The position numbers and the translations under genes were made by a program. The notes beneath the pieces were generated by a model. That model was not told the origin of the DNA. It saw only the letters and a program-made list of their open reading frames with translations, and did no database searches. Below, one piece after another: positions 17,514-25,894 of a stretch of 50,615 nt of DNA. This DNA comes from a virus (Duplodnaviria; Caudoviricetes), in IMG/VR virus record IMGVR_UViG_3300035670_000307, positions 1 through 50,615 of that record; one strand, given 5' to 3'. Within the stretch, counting starts at the first letter, position 1; each line of letters starts with the position of its first letter.

Positions 17514-18520
17514 TCGAAGGACGAAACGAGCAGCTGCTTGGCCGGATCTGCCTGAATCCAGATGTAGCTTCCGACAGCGATGTTGCGGTGTGCGGCCTGA
17601 CGAGCAGCGGCGTCCTTCCAAGTCAGATACGTTGTGGTGAAGCCAATGTCGGCCTTGCCATAACGCTCGGCAAACTTGGTCATGTTTGTGACCTTGGTCA
17701 GATCCACCTCGCCATCGCTGGTGACGGCTTCAATAACCCAAAGCTTGTCGGTCTCTGGATTCCAGAGCAGCACGTCAGGCATGGCATCGCCAAGCTCGAG
17801 CTTAACGCCTGCCTTCTCCATAGCAGCGGCTTCGTCAGGGCTGATGCGGTCGCCGTCGCTGTCGTCAACGTAGAGCACCTTGTAGCCAGGCAGAAACTTG
17901 GCCGCGTAGTGGTCGACCGATGCCTTGATCAATTCGCCGTGATTGTTGTCGACAAGTCCCTTAGCTGCCTCTGCGATCTGTGCCTGGAATTCGAGACGCT
18001 TGCGGGAGACGTCCTTATTGGCCCACTCGGAGAGCATTGCGCTCCACTCGCTATCGTCTGCCATCAGAACAGCCTTGAAGCCGTCTTCCAGCTTGTAGGC
18101 TGACGAGGGTGACTTCGGCTTGGGATGACCGGCGATGAAGTTGCCTTCGTGCAGATACACTGCCTCAAATCCGCCAAGATCGCGAAGGGGCTTGATCCAG
18201 TAGTCCCGGCCTTCACGATCCAGCTTGGTCTTGCCACGCTGAAGAATGCCGATGTGGCAAGCGATCTGTGCAGTGGTGGCCCCATCACCAAACTTTGCAC
18301 CAGCTGGAGGGTTCGACATCCAGCTGTCGGTTTCATCGTCTAGGAGCGCATATACGGCGTCGATCAGATCCACGTTCGAAAGTGCGATCTTCTCGAGAAC
18401 GGCCTTCACCTTGGCCTTTGAGACGCCTTGGAATTCTTCGGGAACAGGCTTCCCCGTAGCTTTGATACGCTCTTTCCGGAGCGCCGCTGCTACGTCGTCT
18501 ACTTTAGCCACTAGAATCAC
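17510..18520 (-). CDS. BsuBI/PstI-family restriction endonuclease
   Basis: MPDVLLW...WVIEAVTSDGEV catalytic motif; convergent with the MTase. Confidence 0.85.
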   Translation of the reverse strand: MILVAKVDDVAAALRKERIKATGKPVPEEFQGVSKAKVKAVLEKIALSNVDLIDAVYALLDDETDSWMSNPPAGAKFGDGATTAQIACHIGILQRGKTKLDREGRDYWIKPLRDLGGFEAVYLHEGNFIAGHPKPKSPSSAYKLEDGFKAVLMADDSEWSAMLSEWANKDVSRKRLEFQAQIAEAAKGLVDNNHGELIKASVDHYAAKFLPGYKVLYVDDSDGDRISPDEAAAMEKAGVKLELGDAMPDVLLWNPETDKLWVIEAVTSDGEVDLTKVTNMTKFAERYGKADIGFTTTYLTWKDAAARQAAHRNIAVGSYIWIQADPAKQLLVSSFD

Positions 18521-18602
18521 CTCATTGATAACTAAGGTGAAGCTAGCGGCGGATCGTTAAAACTCCGAATCTCATAAACTGCATTATGGTGGAAATTCAA
18601 AG

Positions 18603-19889
18603 CTATCTGGCGAGCAACATCTTCTCCATGTCTGATGCGACCGTGTTACCTTCACCACGCCGGTGCTTGAACAGGTGCACGTAGATCTTGAGCGTTACGT
18701 TGGTATTCGCATGGCCAAGTGTATCAGCGACCAGCTGTGCTTCCTTGCCAGCATTGATCAGGAGAGACGCGTGGTAGTGTCGGCAATCGTGCGGCGTCCA
18801 CACGTTCTTGCCGTCTGATTTGAAGCCAGCTGCTGTCATCAGATCCGACCATTGGCGTCTGGTGAAATTGTTGGTGTTGAGCGGCTTCTTCCGATCCGTG
18901 CCGAAAATGAACTCGCCTGGTTCGCGGTCGTTCGACCGGACATAGAGCGTGCGCAAAATCTGCATGAAGTCCTTGCCCATCAGGATCGTGCGGATCGAGT
19001 GCTTGTTTTTGGGAGCGCCTATCTTGCCAGAACGCTTGCGAGCGCGACGTATCGAGATTGTCCGCTTATCCCAGTCAACATCACCCCACTGGAGCGCAGA
19101 TGCCTCTCCTATGCGGGCGCCACTGGCAATCAGGAAGTAGATCAGCGGGCGTGCCCACTCCCACGATTTCATCCGCTGCTGTTCCTGCACCTCTCCCATG
19201 CCGCGTCCAGACTGCCCGGGGATCTTGCCGGTTGCTGCCAGAGCATCGGCCGCGTCGAGAATGCGCTTTACCTCGTCAGGCGACAGGAAAGATTCCACCG
19301 GCACGAGATCGCCATCTTCGTTAAGCTCGAGCTCGTCCTTGATCTGGAGGTTCTTGATTGCTGCGGCCGGATCCACAGGCATCGAGCCGATCTGCACCTG
19401 GTAGCCAAGCGCCTGCTTGACCACGCCCAAAGCCCGGTTGGCAGCGTCTCGCGTGTGATCAGTAGCTACACGGTCACGCCACTTCCGTAGCATCGGAGTG
19501 TTAAGCTCTGAAATCTTCAGGAGGCCGATTGTCGGATTGATGATCGTCCTGATGGAGCTGCGGTATCTGTCAGCTGTTGCCTGCTCGATAGGCATGCGCC
19601 CATCAATGCCGACCTTCTCTGCCATAGACAGCCACTCGCTGCAGGCGTCGGATATCGTCGACTTGGTATCCTTGGCCAGCCTTCCGACCGTGCGCAGGCG
19701 TGTTTTCTGCTCTTCCTGCCATTCTCGAGCTTCCTGAAGGGTATCGAACCACTTGGAAGTAACGCGCCGGAACGATCCAGATTCCGTCTTGTCAGATTTG
19801 TCGGTCACATAGGCCCGATATTGCCTACGTGCTTTTCCACGAGAATCATTGACTCTCGATGATATTCCGAGTGGTAATTTGCTAGCCAT
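18603..19889 (-). CDS. int: tyrosine integrase
   Basis: GARIGE, PK, HDCRH, LGHAN and TLKIYVH catalytic residues; N-terminal arm-binding region. Confidence 0.95.
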   Translation of the reverse strand: MASKLPLGISSRVNDSRGKARRQYRAYVTDKSDKTESGSFRRVTSKWFDTLQEAREWQEEQKTRLRTVGRLAKDTKSTISDACSEWLSMAEKVGIDGRMPIEQATADRYRSSIRTIINPTIGLLKISELNTPMLRKWRDRVATDHTRDAANRALGVVKQALGYQVQIGSMPVDPAAAIKNLQIKDELELNEDGDLVPVESFLSPDEVKRILDAADALAATGKIPGQSGRGMGEVQEQQRMKSWEWARPLIYFLIASGARIGEASALQWGDVDWDKRTISIRRARKRSGKIGAPKNKHSIRTILMGKDFMQILRTLYVRSNDREPGEFIFGTDRKKPLNTNNFTRRQWSDLMTAAGFKSDGKNVWTPHDCRHYHASLLINAGKEAQLVADTLGHANTNVTLKIYVHLFKHRRGEGNTVASDMEKMLLAR

Positions 19890-19913
19890 AACTGCTCTGT
19901 TGTATCATACCTT

Positions 19914-20306
19914 ATGCCTAAGATTAAATCACCACCGCCATGCTCATCTTACGAATTCGCCGCACGTAGACGCGCTGCCGGTATAGATAATGCTACGCTC
20001 ATGGCTTTAACGGGATGTTCAATCTCTAGCGCAACCAAGTGGTCATCCGGTCTGATTCCAGTATCTCGCAAAGCCTATGACGCTCTCGTCCAGGTAGAGA
20101 CTGCCATAGAGAACAAAGTCGAGTGGATGATCCAAGAATACGAGGCCGATCTCGAGGCTTCGAAGGGCATGGATCTTCCGGCTTACGATACCGACAGCGA
20201 ATGGCCTTATGGCGATTCAAGCTATGAGATAGCTGCATGTCGTGCCCGCACAATTCTGGAACAAACAACGGAAAAGCCGGTCAGGCTGGTAGGCCGACCG
20301 GCTTGA
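19914..20306 (+). CDS. HTH protein (Aca2/YdiL-like), divergent from int
   Basis: EFAARRRAAGIDNATLMALTGCSISSATKWSSG HTH; TTGCTA-N18-TATCAT promoter ends 5 nt before the ATG. Confidence 0.65.
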   Translation: MPKIKSPPPCSSYEFAARRRAAGIDNATLMALTGCSISSATKWSSGLIPVSRKAYDALVQVETAIENKVEWMIQEYEADLEASKGMDLPAYDTDSEWPYGDSSYEIAACRARTILEQTTEKPVRLVGRPA

Positions 20307-20309
20307 GGT

Positions 20310-20894
20310 TCATGACCAGCTGGCTTTTGACGACCAGTGCTGGGGGTTCTGCTTTCGTCGGATCGCATTGATCTGTGACATGAGGGCAAAGCGGTGGGCG
20401 TTTATCGCTGCCTCTTTATCCTGATCACGCGTCCCATCTGGAGCACGCATCAGCAAAGCCTCTGACAGAGCCTGTGGCAGGCACGTAGCGCCAACGCCAT
20501 CAGGCCAAGGCATCTCCTTTTCCGTCAGAACGAGCTGGGCAAGATCTTGACGCCACTCTGGTGTAGCGTCGGACCACATAAAGAAGACCTTCTCGGCATT
20601 CTGGTAATCATGTGTCGCCACCATCAGCACTGACAGCTCTGTGGCAAGACGCGCCGGTATGCCGAAATCCTCGCCTCTCGTTGGCAGGATAATTCGTTCA
20701 AGCCCTGCGGCTTCCATGCGATCGCCAAAATGCTTTTCAATTTTATGAGCTACGCGCTCCCACAGCGTAGCAGGCATGACAGCCAAATCCCTTCGGTCGT
20801 TAGAGACATTCCCAAAGGCATCCGGCGTTCTCTTGATCATGTAGAGGACGGCATGACCGGACTCGCGGACGTTCAAGCGATAGAGTGGCTTCAT
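20310..20894 (-). CDS. hypothetical protein, DUF3780-like
   Basis: LWERVA..IEKHFGDRM..AGL...LATELSVL..A...W...TPEWR resembles the DUF3780 pattern. Confidence 0.5.
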   Translation of the reverse strand: MKPLYRLNVRESGHAVLYMIKRTPDAFGNVSNDRRDLAVMPATLWERVAHKIEKHFGDRMEAAGLERIILPTRGEDFGIPARLATELSVLMVATHDYQNAEKVFFMWSDATPEWRQDLAQLVLTEKEMPWPDGVGATCLPQALSEALLMRAPDGTRDQDKEAAINAHRFALMSQINAIRRKQNPQHWSSKASWS

Positions 20895-21025
20895 CTTGTG
20901 ATCAGTCCAATCTTTTCGCGGATCTGCTCGAGACGGGCTCTGTCCTCGAGTTTCGAAGCGTCACGATGTGTGACAGGTTGTCTATCGCGACTATTGATCT
21001 GACGATTGAGGTTGGGCTTTTCCAC
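20891..21025 (-). CDS. small protein (44 aa, MEKPNLNRQ...), not in the ORF track
   Basis: AAAGGAG RBS, GTG start, ATGA coupling to the gene starting at 20894. Confidence 0.55.
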   Translation of the reverse strand: MEKPNLNRQINSRDRQPVTHRDASKLEDRARLEQIREKIGLITR

Positions 21026-21092
21026 GACGCGTCTCCTTTGCTAAGATATTATAGCACGTCATTTTATATCAGCAATATGCTATATATGCTAC

Positions 21093-21350
21093 TCACTTCC
21101 CGTGGAGATGGTCGTGGAGCTTCATTGCCGCGATTATCGCGCAAGAGCCTGCCAGACCGTAGGTCATCAAAGCCGGAATGCTGTGGTCGACTGCGATCTT
21201 TATGATTATCGAACCTTCGCTCACGGCAATCAGGAAACTGGTGGCAGCTGCCGACTTGATCCTGCCAGTGTTTACGTTGCGAGACTGAAACCCTGCAGCA
21301 AACACCCGGACGAAGCCGGCAACGAACACCGTGGCCAGATTAGTAAACAT
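21093..21350 (-). CDS. small membrane protein
   Basis: three hydrophobic segments; coupled to the upstream gene. Confidence 0.65.
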   Translation of the reverse strand: MFTNLATVFVAGFVRVFAAGFQSRNVNTGRIKSAAATSFLIAVSEGSIIIKIAVDHSIPALMTYGLAGSCAIIAAMKLHDHLHGK

Positions 21351-21579
21351 TACGCTTCACAAACCGGCCGGTCTTGGGATCTCGAGCAGACAAATTCGGC
21401 GATTGCATCAGGTCTGCGTATTCCTGATAGAGCTCGTCGAAGGACTTCTCGTATTCCGCAAGATCCCTCTTGGTGTCGAGAAGCTTTGTGTGCAAGATCG
21501 CCAGCTCTTCCCGCATAAGCATACATATCAATGCCAATGCCATTGACAGAAACATCAAAACAATAGCTGCGTATTCCAT
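21340..21579 (-). CDS. TM + coiled-coil protein with RDPKTGRF motif
   Basis: GGGAG RBS before ATG 21579. Confidence 0.7.
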   Translation of the reverse strand: MEYAAIVLMFLSMALALICMLMREELAILHTKLLDTKRDLAEYEKSFDELYQEYADLMQSPNLSARDPKTGRFVKRNVY

Positions 21580-21600
21580 AACAACTCCCGTCAATAAGAT

Positions 21601-21649
21601 TGAATATCCGAATTGGCCCACCTCTCAACAAGCCCAATTCGGATATTCA
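21601..21649. repeat. perfect 16-bp inverted repeat
   Basis: TGAATATCCGAATTGG-N17-CCAATTCGGATATTCA. Confidence 0.85.
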
Positions 21650-21661
21650 CACCGACCACCG

Positions 21662-21973
21662 TTAAGCAGCCAGTGGTGTTTCTTCGGCTTCGACAACCTG
21701 CTTTGCCGCCTTGCGCTGTGCGCGATACATGGCGACCTTCATCATCCCGCGTCTCTTGACCTCGTGGATCAAGGCCTGTGCATGGGCGCGCTTGGCTGCA
21801 ACCTTTCTCCAGCCCTTGGTCGGATGCAGGTATGAGTATCCGCCGTCAGCATTCATTCTGTAGACGGTGGAATTGTGGCCAACGTCTGAATCGACAGACG
21901 CATCGTCCTGCTTCGGTGTCTCCACCTTCTGCAGCTTGGCAAAACGACGGTTAAGGGCACGCTGTAGGCTCAT
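21662..21973 (-). CDS. hypothetical basic protein
   Basis: GGGAG RBS; own promoter TTGCGT-N17-TAGCAT. Confidence 0.75.
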   Translation of the reverse strand: MSLQRALNRRFAKLQKVETPKQDDASVDSDVGHNSTVYRMNADGGYSYLHPTKGWRKVAAKRAHAQALIHEVKRRGMMKVAMYRAQRKAAKQVVEAEETPLAA

Positions 21974-22041
21974 TCACTTCACTCCCGTTGAAGTTGTAGG
22001 AAACATGCTAGAACTGCTAGCGTCAGGACGCAAATAAGGCG

Positions 22042-22440
22042 TCACAGTTGATAAATAAAATAAAAGATGACTATAGCTATGATTGTCCAAATAACCAGTT
22101 TTGAGAGTTTTGAGCTTTCGAAACTCTCAACATCAAATGGAACGCCCATTTCATCATTATAGAAATCTTTCGAAAATTCGAATCCTGGAATAAACTGTCT
22201 TGGTTCAAAATTCTTGCCTTCCACACCACAATCACCAGAATCCTTGCGTTCTTGCAAAGATTCCTTGGGATTTTCTGTTTTAAAATGACCTCTTACTAAA
22301 TTGAAATTTTCATTCTTGTTAAACAAACATAGATCCATACCTAAAGCGCGATTTGGCTCTAAATATCTAAGAAAATGCTCGCAGTTCTTGCAGAGCGGCA
22401 CGTCAGGTTTTTCAGTTTCAGCTGCTTCACTCACGTTCAT
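22042..22440 (-). CDS. AT-rich hypothetical protein (CxxC, C-terminal TM)
   Basis: LCKNCEHF; hydrophobic C-terminus; GGGAG RBS. Confidence 0.75.
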   Translation of the reverse strand: MNVSEAAETEKPDVPLCKNCEHFLRYLEPNRALGMDLCLFNKNENFNLVRGHFKTENPKESLQERKDSGDCGVEGKNFEPRQFIPGFEFSKDFYNDEMGVPFDVESFESSKLSKLVIWTIIAIVIFYFIYQL

Positions 22441-22478
22441 TCTCCCGATGGAACGTTAAAACACTCAAGGATAGACTG

Positions 22479-22760
22479 TCACTTCTCGTGGATTATAAGC
22501 TGCACAATGTCGTCGTTTGCCAAGATCTCTTTGAAAGCATCTACAAGATTTTGCAGAAGCAAAGATGATGTGTCCGAATAACCTATCATCTCTGGATTCT
22601 CATTGGTTGACATAAAAAGCACAAACTTTCTTTCACCAACTCCAATGGTAACTCCATAAACCTTCACATTACGAAGGTTATCAATATCTGACGCCTTCAG
22701 ATATATCGGGGTGATGGGTTTTGTTTTGATATGACTTAACAGCTCGTCCATCATGTTCAT
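22479..22760 (-). CDS. AT-rich hypothetical protein
   Basis: same 24-bp start region as the previous gene. Confidence 0.7.
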   Translation of the reverse strand: MNMMDELLSHIKTKPITPIYLKASDIDNLRNVKVYGVTIGVGERKFVLFMSTNENPEMIGYSDTSSLLLQNLVDAFKEILANDDIVQLIIHEK

Positions 22761-22775
22761 TCTCCCAATGGAACG

Positions 22776-23099
22776 TTACTCGACAGGCGGTATTGCCTTC
22801 GAGAATTCTTGCTGACGCTTTTCGGTTGCCCGCCACGTCCTACGCGTCACCTCGAGCTTGTCCCGGCAATCACGACCGGCCGCTCTAAGATCTGCGATGT
22901 AAGTCTTCTGCGCGCTCTCACGGATGCGCAGGTCACCAGCCTTTGCAGTCGGAACAGCAGGCTCATCTGCACATGTCATCTCTGCATCAGAGACAACTGG
23001 CAGGGCCACACCAGCCACGACCACAGGCGGAGTTGGGATTGTCTTGCAAGCAGCACACAGCAGGCTTGCACCAGCGATCAGGACAAGACGAAGGCTCAC
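22776..23099 (-). CDS. o-spanin (Rz1-like lipoprotein)
   Basis: lipobox LCAAC followed by a Pro-rich segment; follows the i-spanin. Confidence 0.75.
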   Translation of the reverse strand: MSLRLVLIAGASLLCAACKTIPTPPVVVAGVALPVVSDAEMTCADEPAVPTAKAGDLRIRESAQKTYIADLRAAGRDCRDKLEVTRRTWRATEKRQQEFSKAIPPVE

Positions 23100-23473
23100 T
23101 GCTCGTCTCCCTTGCGCAATTCGTCGTAAAACTCCTGCATGCCTTCCGACACGAGAGGATCGCCATCCACGACAGCGCGTTCCACGATTTTCTGGCGAAT
23201 TATTCTGTCATGTCTGACAGCAGGGGCGCTCTTGGCAGCAACATCATCGACGATGGCTGCGTGCTCGGCCTGAACATCGGCCGCGGCCTGGTTTATGATG
23301 GCTTGCGCTTGAGACGCGACGGCCTGTCGCTTGGCCGTCGTCTGCGCCTTCTCTTCCCGCTCCCTGGATAGCTCGATCCTTGGAGCAGCGACAAGGAAGT
23401 ATAGAGCGATCGCTATGGCGAGGCCGGCAACCCCGATGACGAGCGCTTTGTAATTGAGGCTTGTTGGTAGCAT
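23096..23473 (-). CDS. i-spanin (Rz-like)
   Basis: N-terminal TM plus Ala/Gln-rich coiled coil. Confidence 0.7.
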   Translation of the reverse strand: MLPTSLNYKALVIGVAGLAIAIALYFLVAAPRIELSREREEKAQTTAKRQAVASQAQAIINQAAADVQAEHAAIVDDVAAKSAPAVRHDRIIRQKIVERAVVDGDPLVSEGMQEFYDELRKGDEQ

Positions 23474-23527
23474 GTCCGCGAGTATAGCCGCGAACTGCTA
23501 TTCCTGCAAGTAAAATATTAATCAGTG

Positions 23528-23950
23528 TCAGTCATGCATCATTCGTCTACTGCGCTGCAGCTCGTGTGCCTCTGACATTTCATCGCCCATGACCTGCCTC
23601 TGGACATACCAGTATCCCGGTTCGACGATCTGCGCCTCATGCTGATGCTCTTCACGATGATGGGTCAGCTCTGTCGGCTCTTCCAGTGCCATCCAGAAGT
23701 GATCCCTGCGGACAGGAACGAACTTTTCCTCGTCCCTGTCATCTTCCATGTAGAGGGTCACGCCAGTCGACGGTATCACGTGGTTATGACCTGTCTCACT
23801 ATGAGCTAGGACAAGTTCGGTCATGCTTCTTTCGAAGTTATGCGCGACTGCATACTTGGGTATGGTCTTCACCGGAACCAAGGTAACATCCCCTTGCAGA
23901 ATGGTTTTGCGATCACGGTCGAAATCAGGTCTATAGTCTTTCATCTTCAC
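23528..23950 (-). CDS. conserved His-rich protein (QGDV...HSETGHNH), partner of DUF6745
   Basis: motifs QGDV, ETGHNH, H..EH, PGYWYVQRQ. Confidence 0.75.
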   Translation of the reverse strand: MKMKDYRPDFDRDRKTILQGDVTLVPVKTIPKYAVAHNFERSMTELVLAHSETGHNHVIPSTGVTLYMEDDRDEEKFVPVRRDHFWMALEEPTELTHHREEHQHEAQIVEPGYWYVQRQVMGDEMSEAHELQRSRRMMHD

Positions 23951-24999
23951 GTCCTCCTTTTTGACGCTCTCAACATCCAGAATGGTATGTTGTTATTGAT
24001 AAGCTCTTGAGCATCTTCCACTGTCATCACGTCTGAAGGAACTGGGAGACAGAACCACCTACCGGTTCCGCACAGCACCTTCAGGAATCGCTTGGGCTCG
24101 GATTTGGGCAGATGCATCTCGATAAGGCTGCCCCATTCTGGATCTGCTCTGCGGTGTATGAGATCGGCGCCGATATGCTCGAAGATCCGATACCAGCCGT
24201 ATTCAGCGCAGATATCATCCCGTAGCTTTTGGTCGTCCATGTGGAGGAAGTCCCGGGGATGCAGCATTCGAACATCAGCAAACTGGTCAGGGATATGCAT
24301 ACCCCTGCGGATCCATAGCTTCTTGCCGCTCTTGAGTGTGACTGCAGGCCTGTCAGACGTGCATGTCAGGTGATAAATCTCGTCGTGAAATACGTCGGCA
24401 GGCCAGTCGATAACCTCGAACCTGTCGTGCAGAGCTCGAGCTGCCCACACGTTGGTCAGGATCGTCAGCCAAGCGTGATCATACTCGAGAACGTCATAGC
24501 CGTAGAATGAGCGGCGCTTGGTGTTGCCGACGAAACGCGGGATAGCGTGGGTCTTGAACTTGTGTTGCGCCGGATCTGTGTATGGCTGGGCGATAGACAT
24601 CTGGAACGACTTCGTTCCTTCCATCACCAGCATGATCTCTTCGCACCAGTTTCTGGGGAAGCACATCGGCCCGATGTAGTGCTGGAAGCTTGGGAAGGCG
24701 TTCACCTCGAGAAGTTCTGCCAGCACGTAAGCGCCGCTGTCTTCAATGAACTGCTTGTCTTCGCCATATGCACGGAAGCGGTTGTGAACGCCGATAGCGT
24801 GGCGAAAGGTATATGATGAGCTGAACTCGCTCCAGTTGGTTTTCTGCCCCCTGGCATAGACCATCTCCGGCATAGGAAGCTGGAAAGCCTTGTAGACGGT
24901 TTCGACGGCTTCCTCGAGACGCCCGCGATGGCACGAACCAATTCCTATGGATCGCCGGAAGGCTTCCATTCGCAGATTATCGAAATCGATCTTCGTCAT
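23947..24999 (-). CDS. DUF6745-like protein
   Basis: C-terminal RFLKVLCGTGRWFCLPVP...TVEDA and DRPAV motifs. Confidence 0.7.
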   Translation of the reverse strand: MTKIDFDNLRMEAFRRSIGIGSCHRGRLEEAVETVYKAFQLPMPEMVYARGQKTNWSEFSSSYTFRHAIGVHNRFRAYGEDKQFIEDSGAYVLAELLEVNAFPSFQHYIGPMCFPRNWCEEIMLVMEGTKSFQMSIAQPYTDPAQHKFKTHAIPRFVGNTKRRSFYGYDVLEYDHAWLTILTNVWAARALHDRFEVIDWPADVFHDEIYHLTCTSDRPAVTLKSGKKLWIRRGMHIPDQFADVRMLHPRDFLHMDDQKLRDDICAEYGWYRIFEHIGADLIHRRADPEWGSLIEMHLPKSEPKRFLKVLCGTGRWFCLPVPSDVMTVEDAQELINNNIPFWMLRASKRRT

Positions 25000-25078
25000 G
25001 CCCTTAGCATCACACCGGTTTCATCCCAGTGCAATACCATTTTGCATCACTCAAAAACCCAGCAAATGCTAGATATTG

Positions 25079-25441
25079 CTATGCTAATGTTTCATTTTGG
25101 GATTTAAATTGCGGCGAATCATCATCGTCGCCACCGCCCGACGCTTCGAGCTCGAACGCCAAGGCCTTGCCTTTGAACGAGCGCCGATTGATCGCCATTC
25201 CCAGAGCAGAAATCGCCATCAGCATGCCGCCAAGCAGGACGATCATGCCAATGCCAAGCCACTTGATACGCTCGTCTTCTGTGCCTTTGCCCCAGCCGCC
25301 AAGCCACAGGATATAAACCAGCCATACAGAAAACAGTGTCATGACGCCGGAGCCTACTATCGAGGCCACCAGCGCCACCATCGCCCGGATATCCCGGGGC
25401 TGCCAAGGGAGCTGCGCCCAATAGCGCTTGCCTTCGGTCAC
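25079..25441 (-). CDS. putative holin (2 TM)
   Basis: two TM segments with a charged C-terminal tail; coupled to the endolysin. Confidence 0.6.
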   Translation of the reverse strand: MTEGKRYWAQLPWQPRDIRAMVALVASIVGSGVMTLFSVWLVYILWLGGWGKGTEDERIKWLGIGMIVLLGGMLMAISALGMAINRRSFKGKALAFELEASGGGDDDDSPQFKSQNETLA

Positions 25442-25887
25442 AGCGGATCGATCCCCACGCTACGGCACCAAGACTTCACATCGAAGCTAGGGCAGGCCTT
25501 GGTAACGCCCGGCCAATCCCGGTGTCCCTTGATCTCCGCCTTGGGATAGGTTGCACGCAGCTTGAGCAGGAGAGCCTTCATGGCTGCCTTCTGGGAATCC
25601 GTCCTGGTATCGGCAGGCGTCATCGCCTTGTTATTTTCCACGCCACCGATGTAGCAGATCCCGATGTTGCCAGTGTTGTTCTTGGCAACATGGGCGCCCC
25701 TCTGGTCATAGCGAAGGGTCTGGACGTTCTTGCCGTCAAGCTCGATCACATGGTGATAGGAGATCTGTCCGAACTTGTCGGTATCCCACTGGGAGATAGT
25801 AGCAGCCTTTACATCGCGCCCTCTGGGAGTGGCAGCGCAATGAATGGTAATTGCACGGATAGCTTTGGGGTCCATTGGAGCAGGCAT
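25438..25887 (-). CDS. endolysin, T7-lysozyme-like N-acetylmuramoyl-L-alanine amidase
   Basis: IHCAAT, YHHVI, GAHV, IGICYIGG, GHRD...KACPSFDV motifs. Confidence 0.92.
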   Translation of the reverse strand: MPAPMDPKAIRAITIHCAATPRGRDVKAATISQWDTDKFGQISYHHVIELDGKNVQTLRYDQRGAHVAKNNTGNIGICYIGGVENNKAMTPADTRTDSQKAAMKALLLKLRATYPKAEIKGHRDWPGVTKACPSFDVKSWCRSVGIDPL

Positions 25888-25894
25888 GACAACC

